Positions 9,701-17,756 of a stretch of DNA of 64,000 nucleotides are shown one piece after another (position 1 is the first letter of the stretch; every line of letters begins with the position of its first letter). Source of the DNA: Bacteroidales bacterium (GTDB lineage: Bacteria; Bacteroidota; Bacteroidia; Bacteroidales; UBA7960); assembly GCA_003559735.1 (NCBI GenBank), contig PWKN01000072.1, forward strand, positions 18,382-82,381. The letters are read 5' to 3'. The notes beneath the pieces were generated by a model. It was not told where the DNA came from, did no database searches, and saw only the letters and a program-made list of their open reading frames with translations. Made by a program: the position numbers and the translations under genes.

Positions 9701-11813
9701 TGATCATGATCGGGGTGGTACAAACCGGGGCACTGGCAATAAAATCATCATTGATGGTCTGTCTGCTGCCTGCCTGTAACTGATAGGATTTGCCAGGAGA
9801 AAACTCAAGCATATTGTATTCGTTGCTGCCTCTTATGATGCCATCGCCTTCAAACAATACGTGATTATAACCGATATCACTACTCTGTAACTCACCAAGA
9901 CCATTGTCCGTAAACGCAATGGTTGAGGTTCCCGCCTCCAAGATAAAGTCAGAGGAAAAGCCGATAGAAAAAATCTTGTCAATGGTAACTGTGGATGAAC
10001 CAAGCCGCAATATGCTGGGAGAATAATCGGTCTCCGAACGAAACTCAGAAGCCGATAATGGGTGACCATTGGTATTCAGAACACCCTCCTGCAGGAAAAT
10101 GTGTGATTGTCCAACGGAAAGACCATCCTGCAGTACCCACTCTGTATCCTCCCCGGCAAAATATACCCCCCCCCTGAAATTATTCTGCCAATCCCAATAA
10201 CCGGCGTTTAACACATGTCCGCTGGTCTCAATCTCGTTCTCTGCCACGCGACCACGAAAATACCACCTGAAATCAGCACTTGCCAGGTCAACCCTCATAG
10301 CCTCCTGCAACCGGAGCGAACCCATGATGTTCATGCTCTGGTATTCATTCCCGCGCAGCAACGGATTGCCAGGGGCACCGTCCCATGTCATGTCGTTGCA
10401 GAATGCCGGAGAGGAGATCTCCACCACATGATTGCCCCCGGCTGCAAAGGAGTTATCATCAAACACCACATCATCTGCGGCAGTAGGCACACAGCCTGAC
10501 GGAGCACCATCTGATGCCAGAGACCAATGGTTGCCGTCCGCCCAGTCACCTCCACCGCCGATCCAGTAAAGTCTCTTGGAGACCGGCTCAGTTATGATCC
10601 ACCCATCAGTGTTTCCAAGGTCAATGGATCCTTCAGCAACAAAGGCAGCACCCCCTTCCCCGTGGATGTCCTGCAAGGCAATGTTCGCACAGCTGATCGT
10701 GCCCTCGGTCTTAACCAGTATTGCTGCCTCTCCCTCATCCGTGCTGGTGATCATGATCGGGGTGCTACAAACCGGGACTCTGGCAATAAAATCATCATTG
10801 ATGGTTTGTGTCCTGCGTGCCTCTAACTGGTAAGCTTTGCCAGGGGCAAACTCCAGGGTAGCAAATGTATTTTGGCCCCTCAGTTCACCGTTGCCCTCAA
10901 AAACCACATGGTTAAATTGGTTTCCCCAACCATGGATCGTTGCCACATCCACGTCAGGATTTGCAAAGTGAACATCATTGAATTCGATGCCGGAGGAATA
11001 AACATAAAACCGGTGTTCGGGAAAATCGTCGGAAAAACGGATGACGGAACTCCCCGCATCCAGATCAAAAAAGCTGTATATCATAATCCGGTACCCGATA
11101 TGAACTTCCGATGCACCCAGGTGCAGTTCTTTCTGATCAGGGGTTTCAACCCGGAATCCGTGCGCATTGAGTGTATGTCCGTCTGTCCGCAAAGACCCCT
11201 CTTGCAGGTATATTTCACACGACCCCGCATAAAAACCATCCAGTAATGTCCACTCACCGCTTCCATTAAAGTATATCCCGCCCCATGTCCACCTGCCATT
11301 TTGACTGATCCCCCCGGCAGATACATCCTGTCCCATTGTCCGTATGGTGTTCCCCGGCTGACCGCCCCTGAAATTCAATGTAAAATAGCTTTGTTTCAGG
11401 TCCACCACCATCTCTTCCTGCAGCTGCAGCGAGCCAAAAATGGTCAAACTCATATTGTATGCACCCTCCAGGGTTGGGTTGCCAGGGGCATCATCCCATA
11501 TCATGGTATGGCATGTGGCGTGGGTATTGATCATTACCCGGTTGTTTCCCTGGGTAAACCCGGAGTGCCCATCAAAATATACGGTGTCATTTGGTCCGGG
11601 GACCACAGAATGAAAGGTACTGCCACCGGAGCTGGTCGCCCAGTGACTGATCTCCGACCAACTTCCGCTGCCCCCAACCCAATAGTACTGATCACCATAT
11701 GCGGATATGCCTGACAATAACAGCAGCACAGTACTGGCAACACATAAATACCTGAATGCCAGCTGATAACGAGACCTGTTCGTTTGGCGGGGCGTGTGGT
11801 GGGCTATGTTCAT
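6756..11813 (-). CDS. giant T9SS type B sorting-domain (gliding-motility-associated CTD) cell-surface repeat protein
   Basis: 1685 aa with a signal peptide, three ~350-aa modules, three ~95-aa Ig/FN3-like repeats, and a C-terminal VFVPNAFVPSGLGENQVFMPVF...FNRWGEEIF...WDG...GSYTY type-B CTD. Confidence 0.85.
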   Translation of the reverse strand: MNIAHHTPRQTNRSRYQLAFRYLCVASTVLLLLSGISAYGDQYYWVGGSGSWSEISHWATSSGGSTFHSVVPGPNDTVYFDGHSGFTQGNNRVMINTHATCHTMIWDDAPGNPTLEGAYNMSLTIFGSLQLQEEMVVDLKQSYFTLNFRGGQPGNTIRTMGQDVSAGGISQNGRWTWGGIYFNGSGEWTLLDGFYAGSCEIYLQEGSLRTDGHTLNAHGFRVETPDQKELHLGASEVHIGYRIMIYSFFDLDAGSSVIRFSDDFPEHRFYVYSSGIEFNDVHFANPDVDVATIHGWGNQFNHVVFEGNGELRGQNTFATLEFAPGKAYQLEARRTQTINDDFIARVPVCSTPIMITSTDEGEAAILVKTEGTISCANIALQDIHGEGGAAFVAEGSIDLGNTDGWIITEPVSKRLYWIGGGGDWADGNHWSLASDGAPSGCVPTAADDVVFDDNSFAAGGNHVVEISSPAFCNDMTWDGAPGNPLLRGNEYQSMNIMGSLRLQEAMRVDLASADFRWYFRGRVAENEIETSGHVLNAGYWDWQNNFRGGVYFAGEDTEWVLQDGLSVGQSHIFLQEGVLNTNGHPLSASEFRSETDYSPSILRLGSSTVTIDKIFSIGFSSDFILEAGTSTIAFTDNGLGELQSSDIGYNHVLFEGDGIIRGSNEYNMLEFSPGKSYQLQAGSRQTINDDFIASAPVCTTPIMITSMDEGEAAILVKSDGTISCANIALQDIHGEGDAGFVADGSIDLGNTDGWVITPPESQTLYWIGGSGEWGVGNHWSHSSGGVTANCVPTAADDVVFDVVSGFEDGDNTVEITSQAFCNNMTWEDAPGNPLLLGKEHQRMNIFGSLQMQEAMEVDLSTPYFQWNFYGTAGEENTIETRGQELAAGDWNAEGGLRGFVSFRGAGNEWRMVDDLSVGDRNIELLGGTLNTNENKLTFRNLSSFYTAVRALLANNSQIHSSGIIQFGISNYTLDLTGTTVDVIGSLRLRGTGSVAAGQSTINLNGHWGTLEIRDKPDRVLHDVHFTRDEGHSARLVGHNTTFNDVSFQYNAIIGGSNTYNNLSFAAGSNNQLESGQKQTINGQLTASGNPCFITHLRSTSETPAEIVKLEADTILVDYITIDNMIASGGASFLGTANATPRRNTDGWDFDATPGDYIFGFGPARTLDCDEMPYTITTEVFNPNPGTSFFWGDGSAGPELVVEDFGIYTVDVFYADFCSISDTIELISPPFPEADLGADRFLEPGGAVILDAGAGEEYSYLWSTGDTVQTITVSEHGLYWVVVTNRYRCEAYAEVLVYGNAVVETALPDGITLSSALVGGEVVSDGASEVTGRGIYWGTTGHDLPADGEEVALGTGTGTFSTELSDLDPNTTYYVMAYATNQAGTSFGAAEPFTTLTDVPAVETSIPSSVTASSALVGGEVVSDGGADITGRGIFWGTGPDPAETGTEIPVGNGTGMFETILEDLEANTLYHVVAYATNSEGTSLGETKEFTTLSYPPVVITAPPGNITTYSAVIGGEVIDDGNSPVTERGLYWGTDDDPAESGQWISMGDGLGTFEIELHDLIPQTHYYVVASATSDAGTGFGDVIVFATDDIDRTVFVPNAFVPSGLGENQVFMPVFDENPVSYSMSVFNRWGEEIFFTNDVDTGWDGRINNAEAPQGSYTYRIQYGFDQGEDRQLFGIVLLIR
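6759..7028 (-). other. T9SS type B C-terminal sorting domain (residues ~1596-1685 of the giant protein)
   Basis: The motif string NAFxPxxxGxNxxFxP...FNRWGxxIF...WDGxxxxxxxxxGxYxY is recognisable by eye. Confidence 0.8.
7044..7913 (-). repeat. three tandem ~95-aa Ig/FN3-like repeats (residues ~1301-1590)
   Basis: The units SSALVGGEVVSDGxxxxTGRGIxWGTxxxP...GTGxF...L.DL..NT.Y.V.AYATN..GTS.G....FTTL occur three times. Confidence 0.8.
8364..9524 (-). repeat. module 3 of the ~350-aa N-terminal repeat (residues 764-~1150, most diverged)
   Basis: It opens LYWIGGSGEWGVGNHWSHSSGG...VPTAADDVVFD...FCNNMTWEDAPGNP, and its tail is diverged. Confidence 0.7.
9525..10571 (-). repeat. module 2 of the ~350-aa N-terminal repeat (residues 415-763)
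   Basis: It opens LYWIGGGGDWADGNHWS...VPTAADDVVFD...FCNDMTWDGAPGNP and ends ...TISCANIALQDIHGEGDAGFVADGSIDLGNTDGWVITPP. Confidence 0.8.
10572..11687 (-). repeat. module 1 of the ~350-aa N-terminal repeat (residues 43-414)
   Basis: It opens YYWVGGSGSWSEISHWATSSGG...TCHTMIWDDAPGNP and ends ...TISCANIALQDIHGEGGAAFVAEGSIDLGNTDGWIITEP. Confidence 0.8.
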
Positions 11814-11872
11814 TGTTCAGCAATTTTGTAAAATTCGTTGGCAAGCAACCGCATATTGGTATAAATCACTTA

Positions 11873-11880
11873 CAAATATA
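11873..11880 (-). promoter_or_regulatory. candidate -7 box (TATATTTG on minus strand) for the giant T9SS cargo gene
   Basis: The plus strand reads CAAATATA 60 nt upstream of the ATG at 11813. Confidence 0.35.
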
Positions 11881-11978
11881 TGTGATTGTTTATAAATATA
11901 CCAACAGAATTATAGCGTAAAAATATAAAAATAATCATTGCCCGATAAAACTACCTTTCCCGATCAAATGGGTTTTTA

Positions 11979-11986
11979 TACCTTTG
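11979..11986 (+). promoter_or_regulatory. candidate -7 box TACCTTTG for the DUF5916-like gene
   Basis: TAnnTTTG match 41 nt upstream of the ATG at 12027. Confidence 0.45.
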
Positions 11987-12026
11987 CCGGAAATTGTTAC
12001 CCGGATGTTGATTGCAGACCCAAACA

Positions 12027-14498
12027 ATGAAGAGACATACATATACTGATCGTTTTTTCCTTAACCTGTTTTTTGTTCTGATCCTGTTGTTATCCGGCTC
12101 CGCATGGGCTGCCGAACGCAAGGTCCTGGTGGCTGTCCGGACCGGCAGACCCCCGGTTATCGATGGCACCATGCGTGATCAGGCCTGGCAGCAGGCCAAT
12201 GTAGCCGGTGGGTTCCACCAGTACGAACCCCACAACGACCGTCCGGCCACATATGATACCAGGGTGAGGGTCTTATACGATGACAATGCATTATACATTG
12301 CAGCCAGGCTGTACGACCAGTCGCCCGACAGTATTCTCAGGGAACTGGGACTTCGAAACTCAGGAAATGACCTGAACGCCGATCGTTTCTATGTAGACAT
12401 CAATCCATTTGACGATGGCATCCACGGATTTCGTTTCCAGGTTTCTGCATCAGGGGTGCAAACCGATGCGAACATGTCAGGGTCAGGCCGGCATGGCGAC
12501 CTTAACTGGAATGCAGTATGGATCAGTGAGGTTGGGATAACCGATGACGGCTGGATCGTCGAGATGGAGATCCCTTATTCGGCATTGCGGTTCCCACGGG
12601 GCGACATCCAGGAGTGGGGCATAAACTTCTGGCGCGAAATTCGCCGTACACGTGAAACATCCAGCTGGAATTACGTGAACAGGAGCGTTGGAGACGATTT
12701 GGCCTATATGGGACAACTCAACGGCATCAATGAAGTATCACCCCCTCCACGCCTGTCATTTTATCCCTACCTGTCGAACTACGTCGAAAAAAATGGTTTC
12801 GACCGGGGGTGGGGCAATTCATTCAATGGCGGCATGGACCTGAAATACGGGTTAAGTCCGGCATTTACAATGGATGTAACGCTGGTTCCGGATTTCGGAC
12901 AGGTACAGTCAGATGCAAAAGTCCTCAACCTTACCCCTTTTGAAGTCAGGTATGACGAAAACCGCCAGTTTTTTACCGAGGGGACAGAGTTGTTTCAAAA
13001 AGGAGCACTCTTCTATTCGCGGCGCATCGGTGAGAGGCCGGTCAGCTACCATAAAGCGTATTCGGAGCGCAAAGCGCATGAGGTCGTTTTAGATAACCCA
13101 CTGGAAACAAGGATGATCAATGCCACAAAGATCAGTGGGCGGACAGCCGGCGGACTGGGAATTGGGTTGTTCAATGCCATGACCGCGGCCAGCACGGCAA
13201 CTTTGGCAGATACCCTAACCGGACTTACAAGAAAAGTAACAACACAACCATTTACCAACTACAACCTGGTGGTATTTGATCAAAGTCTGCGGAACAACTC
13301 TTACCTGAGCCTGATCAACACAAACGTGGCCGGTTCGGAAAAAGGGTATACTGCGAACGTTACCGGGACAGAGTTCCGTTTTGCCAACCGCACCAACGAA
13401 TACCGCATCAGCGGATCAGGGGCCCTGAGTCAGCAGTATTATTCGGATAGTGACAACGTTTATGGTTTTCAATACGATCTCCAGGCAGGGAAAACCGGTG
13501 GCACCTGGCGGTATTATTACACACGCAAGGTGCTGAGCAACGATTATGACCAGAACGACATGGGATTCCTCCTGCGCAACAACCGGGCAGATGACGGGTT
13601 CACAGTAAGCCATCACCTTTTTGACCCCTTCTGGCGGTTCTGGATGCTTACCAACTCGTTTACATACACATATTCAAGGCTCTTTGAACCCTCCAGGTAT
13701 ACGGGGACGGAGCTGTCGCACCATTTGATGGTGATGTTCGACACCCGTTTCCATATCAGTCTGCGGACCACCTATATGCCAAGAGGCGAGCGCGATTATT
13801 ATGAACCGCGCGTCAACGGAAGGTACTACCGGACAGATGAACAACTGAGCTTCAGGATGACCTACTCATCCGATTACAGGAGAAGGGTCTTCGTCGACGG
13901 ACGATTCCATTATGACATGCAGCAGTCGGCCGAACAGAAAGAGATGCGCGGTTTCATGATCCAACCCACGGTCAGGGTCAGCGACCGCCTGAATATGTCA
14001 TACGGCTTCGAATTCAGTGAAAGGGTCAATGACATCGGCTATGTGTCGCACAGCAGTCCGGATTCGGTCTTTTTTGGCCGGCGGCAGTCGCCCACCGTCA
14101 TCAATACCTTTCGCTCTACCTATATATTTTCGAACGATCTGTCGCTCGACTTCAACTTGCGTCATTACTGGTCGGAAGTGGATTACGACGGACAGTATTA
14201 CCTGCTGCAAGCCACCGGCATAGCCGAACCGGTGCAAAAGGACCTGAAAACACCCGGCATCAACTACAATGCCTTTACCATCGATATGCTGCTGACCTGG
14301 CATTTTGCGCCGGGAAGCCAGATGACCATCGCCTGGAAAAATGTGATCGACCACCGCGAAAACATACTCCGGCAGGGCTACCTGGACAATCTCCAGCATA
14401 TGTTCACCCACCCCCAAATTAACAGCTTGTCTCTCAGGGTTCTGTATTATATCGACTTCCAGACGGTACAACGCCTGAACGAACAGCTGCGTGGCTGA
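12027..14498 (+). CDS. DUF5916 / carbohydrate-binding family 9-like domain protein (predicted envelope protein)
   Basis: The ORF track starts at a TTG (12012); I prefer the ATG at 12027 (MKRHTYTDRFFLNLFFVLILLLSGSAWA signal). The N-terminal FHQYEPHNDRPATYDTRVRVLYDDNALYIAARLYD is typical of this Bacteroidota family, from my recollection of it. Confidence 0.65.
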   Translation: MKRHTYTDRFFLNLFFVLILLLSGSAWAAERKVLVAVRTGRPPVIDGTMRDQAWQQANVAGGFHQYEPHNDRPATYDTRVRVLYDDNALYIAARLYDQSPDSILRELGLRNSGNDLNADRFYVDINPFDDGIHGFRFQVSASGVQTDANMSGSGRHGDLNWNAVWISEVGITDDGWIVEMEIPYSALRFPRGDIQEWGINFWREIRRTRETSSWNYVNRSVGDDLAYMGQLNGINEVSPPPRLSFYPYLSNYVEKNGFDRGWGNSFNGGMDLKYGLSPAFTMDVTLVPDFGQVQSDAKVLNLTPFEVRYDENRQFFTEGTELFQKGALFYSRRIGERPVSYHKAYSERKAHEVVLDNPLETRMINATKISGRTAGGLGIGLFNAMTAASTATLADTLTGLTRKVTTQPFTNYNLVVFDQSLRNNSYLSLINTNVAGSEKGYTANVTGTEFRFANRTNEYRISGSGALSQQYYSDSDNVYGFQYDLQAGKTGGTWRYYYTRKVLSNDYDQNDMGFLLRNNRADDGFTVSHHLFDPFWRFWMLTNSFTYTYSRLFEPSRYTGTELSHHLMVMFDTRFHISLRTTYMPRGERDYYEPRVNGRYYRTDEQLSFRMTYSSDYRRRVFVDGRFHYDMQQSAEQKEMRGFMIQPTVRVSDRLNMSYGFEFSERVNDIGYVSHSSPDSVFFGRRQSPTVINTFRSTYIFSNDLSLDFNLRHYWSEVDYDGQYYLLQATGIAEPVQKDLKTPGINYNAFTIDMLLTWHFAPGSQMTIAWKNVIDHRENILRQGYLDNLQHMFTHPQINSLSLRVLYYIDFQTVQRLNEQLRG

Positions 14499-14541
14499 AA
14501 CCAAAAAAAAACATCAGGTTTTTGTTGCAGAACAAAAAAAA

Positions 14542-14555
14542 TGTATATTTTTGCA
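14542..14555. promoter_or_regulatory. ARG-box-like operator half 1 (TGTATATTTTTGCA)
   Basis: 11 of 14 matches to the core TGAAT-N4-ATTCA. It overlaps the -7 box of argR. Confidence 0.45.
14546..14553 (+). promoter_or_regulatory. candidate -7 box TATTTTTG for argR
   Basis: TAnnTTTG match 33 nt upstream of the ATG at 14586. Confidence 0.5.
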
Positions 14556-14562
14556 TTATAAT

Positions 14563-14576
14563 TGCATTTTTATACA
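14563..14576. promoter_or_regulatory. ARG-box-like operator half 2 (TGCATTTTTATACA)
   Basis: 12 of 14 matches to TGAAT-N4-ATTCA. It lies exactly 21 bp from box 1, the canonical tandem ARG-box phasing. The two boxes are mirror images, with outer arms AATGTATA / TATACATT. Confidence 0.5.
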
Positions 14577-14585
14577 TTCAGGACC

Positions 14586-15074
14586 ATGAAGTCACAACGC
14601 CATCTGGCGATCAGGAAAATTATTCTCAACGAAAAGGTCAGCAGCCAGGAAGAGCTTCTTCAGAAACTGAACCAGCAGGGTTTTGACCTGACCCAGGCCA
14701 CGGTGTCGAGAGACTTAAAGGAGATGCAGGCCGGGAAGAAAGCTGATCCGGAAAAAGGGAGCATCTTTTCTTTGCCCGACCAGTCATATTCAACAGATGC
14801 GGGTACCGTTCCGGACCATTCTTTTCTGACTGCGGCCATTCGCTCCATCCACTTTGCCAACAAGCTGGGCGTCATCAAAACACTGCCTGGCTATGCCCAC
14901 AGCATTGCCATTGCCATAGACAAAGCAGTACGCTTCGAGATCATCGGGACCATTGCAGGTGACGACACCATACTCCTGATCCCGGAAGAAGGAATACATC
15001 GAAATTCATTAAAAAAAGCACTTAAAACAATATTTCCCGGGCTGGAAAAAAATATGTTCTTCCCGGCAAACTGA
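14586..15074 (+). CDS. argR: arginine repressor ArgR
   Basis: [47 protein letters not shown] is a winged-helix N-terminus, followed by a C-terminal oligomerisation domain ([12 protein letters not shown]). The track ORF begins at an upstream TTG (14562). Confidence 0.85.
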   Translation: MKSQRHLAIRKIILNEKVSSQEELLQKLNQQGFDLTQATVSRDLKEMQAGKKADPEKGSIFSLPDQSYSTDAGTVPDHSFLTAAIRSIHFANKLGVIKTLPGYAHSIAIAIDKAVRFEIIGTIAGDDTILLIPEEGIHRNSLKKALKTIFPGLEKNMFFPAN

Positions 15075-15100
15075 ATGTTGCACTCAATAAAAAAACAACA

Positions 15101-16369
15101 ATGGAGAAAAAAAAGGAGAAGGTTATACTTGCTTACAGCGGCGGACTGGATACGTCGGTGATCCTGAAGTGGCTGACCGATAAAGGATATGACGTCATTG
15201 CGTATATTGCTGACGTCGGACAGGATGATCATTTCGGGGAGGTCCGGCAAAAGGCCCTGCAGATTGGTGCCAGTGATGTTTATATTGAGGATCTGAAAGA
15301 GGAGTTTGTCACCGACTTTATTTTCCCTGCCATACAGGCCAGTGCCATTTACGAGAACAGGTATTTGCTGGGTACTGCACTGGCAAGGCCGCTGATCGCA
15401 AAACGGCAGATAGAGCTTGCAGGGGAACTGGATGCGGCTTATGTATCGCACGGGGCGACAGGCAAAGGCAATGACCAGGTGCGGTTTGAACTGACATATT
15501 ACGCCCTGAACCCTTCCATAAAGGTCCTGGCTCCGTGGAAGGACCCTGCGTTTCTGTCGCAGTTTAAAGGGCGAACAGACATGCTGCACTATGCGAAAGA
15601 GAAAAATATTCCTGTAAAGGCCTCCCTGAAAAAACCGTACAGTGAGGACGACAACCTGCTTCACATCAGCCACGAAGCAGGGATCCTGGAAGATCCGGCC
15701 TATTCGCCAGGAAAGGAGATCCTGTCGCGGATCAAGTCACCCATCGATGCGCCCGACAAGGTGACAAAGATCAGTATTTCATTCAAAGACGGCATCCCTG
15801 TCAGGGTGGAACACCCCGAAAAAAACACCACAATAACCGGCGCTTTGCCCATATTTCAATATCTGAATGAACTGGGGTGTGAAAACGGGATCGGGTTGCT
15901 CGACATGGTTGAGAATCGTTTTGTCGGGATAAAATCAAGGGGGGTATATGAAACACCCGGTGCTTCTGTTTTATTCATTGCCCATATGGACATTGAAGGG
16001 ATTGCGATGGACAGGGAGGTGCTGCGGTTAAGGAACATGTTGTCACCAAAATTTGCCGAACTTGTCTACAACGGCTTCTGGTACAGTCCGGAAATGGATT
16101 TCCTCCGTGCTGCCCTGAACAAAAGCCAGGAGCTGATTGATGGCACCGTGTATGTCAGCCTCTACAAGGGCAATGTCATGATCGACGGCCGCGAGTCGCC
16201 CAGCTCCTTATACGACAAGGAGCTGTCGAGTATGGATATTGAAGGGGGATTTGACCAGCAAGACAGTGAGGGGTTCATAAAGATCAATGCAATACGCCTG
16301 ATGGCCCACCATGCAATTATCAGCAAAAAAAACAGCACCTCCGGCCATGAAGCAATCATAAAAGAATAA
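15101..16369 (+). CDS. argG: argininosuccinate synthase
   Basis: 422 aa with the [12 protein letters not shown]-pyrophosphatase motif and full-length similarity to ArgG. Confidence 0.95.
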   Translation: MEKKKEKVILAYSGGLDTSVILKWLTDKGYDVIAYIADVGQDDHFGEVRQKALQIGASDVYIEDLKEEFVTDFIFPAIQASAIYENRYLLGTALARPLIAKRQIELAGELDAAYVSHGATGKGNDQVRFELTYYALNPSIKVLAPWKDPAFLSQFKGRTDMLHYAKEKNIPVKASLKKPYSEDDNLLHISHEAGILEDPAYSPGKEILSRIKSPIDAPDKVTKISISFKDGIPVRVEHPEKNTTITGALPIFQYLNELGCENGIGLLDMVENRFVGIKSRGVYETPGASVLFIAHMDIEGIAMDREVLRLRNMLSPKFAELVYNGFWYSPEMDFLRAALNKSQELIDGTVYVSLYKGNVMIDGRESPSSLYDKELSSMDIEGGFDQQDSEGFIKINAIRLMAHHAIISKKNSTSGHEAIIKE

Positions 16370-16373
16370 TGTC

Positions 16374-17723
16374 ATGATGTCGATATGGGATAAAGGGAGA
16401 AAACCCGATGACCGAATGATGCAGTTCACATCGGACCGTGACAGACAGCTTGATCAGCAACTGCTGGCACCCGACCTGGCCGGATCCACTGCACATGCAC
16501 TGATGCTTGGAAAAACAGGCTTGCTGTCGCAGGCAGAATCATCAGCAATCGCTGATGCGCTGCGGCAGCTTTACCACCAGGCGGAAGAGAATAAAATGCT
16601 GATTGGAAATGAATCGGAAGATGTGCACAGTTTTATTGAAGAACTGCTGGTGAAGAGACTGGGTGAGACAGGCAAACGCATACACAGTGGCCGGTCGAGG
16701 AACGACCAGGTGCTGGTTGCATTGCGCCTGTACATGCGCCGGGAGCTGCAGGCAATATGCCGTCAGGCCTCCGCCCTGTTTGATCTGCTGATCATAAAAA
16801 GCACCGAAACACGTGACCAGGTAATGCCGGGCTACACCCACATGCAGGTGGCCATGCCCTCAAGCTTTGGCTTGTGGTATTCGGCTTTTGCCGAAAGTCT
16901 CGCTGACGACCTGCATGGTGTTGCCTATGCATATGCCGTCGTGAATCAAAACCCGTTGGGTTCAGGCGCCGGATATGGCACCTCTTTCCCGGTGGACAGG
17001 GAGATGACAACCCGCCTGCTTGGATTCGGCGGCATGAACATCAATGCCATATACGCCCAGATGACAAGAGGCAAAGCAGAAAAAGCATTCGCTGCAGCCG
17101 TGTCATCATTTGCCAGTACATTGGCAAGGCTTGCGGGGGACATCTGTCTGTATTCCGGTGAAAATTTCGGATTCTTTGATATTCCGGAGGCCATCACCAC
17201 CGGTTCCAGCATCATGCCACACAAACAGAACCCCGATCTTGCCGAACTCATAAGGGGCCGCTGTAATTTACTCCAGAACCTGCCTCAGGAGATCACCTCG
17301 CTGTCGACCAACCTGCCCACAGGGTATCACCGCGACCTGCAGCTCATCAAGGAACTTGTTTTTCCGGCCGTCACCGCACTGAAAGAATGTCTGTCGATGA
17401 CCCTGCTCCTCGTTGAACACGTATCGGTCAGACAGGGAATTGTGAATGACCCGCGCTACAACAACATGTACAGCGTAGAGGAGATCAACCGGCTGGTAGC
17501 AGACGGGGTGCCTTTCAGAGAGGCTTACCGCCTGATTGCAAAACAAATCAGCAACGGCAGCTTTTCGCCTGACAGGCAACAGAGTTATACACACACAGGC
17601 AGTACCGGAAATCTTTCCCTGGAGTCCATCCGGGAAAAATTTTACGCCACATTGCAAGCCATCCCATTCAAAGAAGCTGAAAACGCCATACAGCAATTAA
17701 TGTCACCCCCGGAGAAACACTGA
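16374..17723 (+). CDS. argH: argininosuccinate lyase
   Basis: 449 aa with the fumarate-lyase signature region (GSSIMPHKQNPD). Confidence 0.95.
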   Translation: MMSIWDKGRKPDDRMMQFTSDRDRQLDQQLLAPDLAGSTAHALMLGKTGLLSQAESSAIADALRQLYHQAEENKMLIGNESEDVHSFIEELLVKRLGETGKRIHSGRSRNDQVLVALRLYMRRELQAICRQASALFDLLIIKSTETRDQVMPGYTHMQVAMPSSFGLWYSAFAESLADDLHGVAYAYAVVNQNPLGSGAGYGTSFPVDREMTTRLLGFGGMNINAIYAQMTRGKAEKAFAAAVSSFASTLARLAGDICLYSGENFGFFDIPEAITTGSSIMPHKQNPDLAELIRGRCNLLQNLPQEITSLSTNLPTGYHRDLQLIKELVFPAVTALKECLSMTLLLVEHVSVRQGIVNDPRYNNMYSVEEINRLVADGVPFREAYRLIAKQISNGSFSPDRQQSYTHTGSTGNLSLESIREKFYATLQAIPFKEAENAIQQLMSPPEKH

Positions 17724-17756
17724 CCATCACACACACTGATCCAAAACAACAAAACA

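Noticed and set aside
14891-15673. 260-aa minus-strand ORF antisense to argG
   Set aside because: It lies entirely inside the argininosuccinate synthase gene, which has unmistakable full-length similarity. The antisense product has no recognisable motif and odd composition, so it is a shadow ORF.
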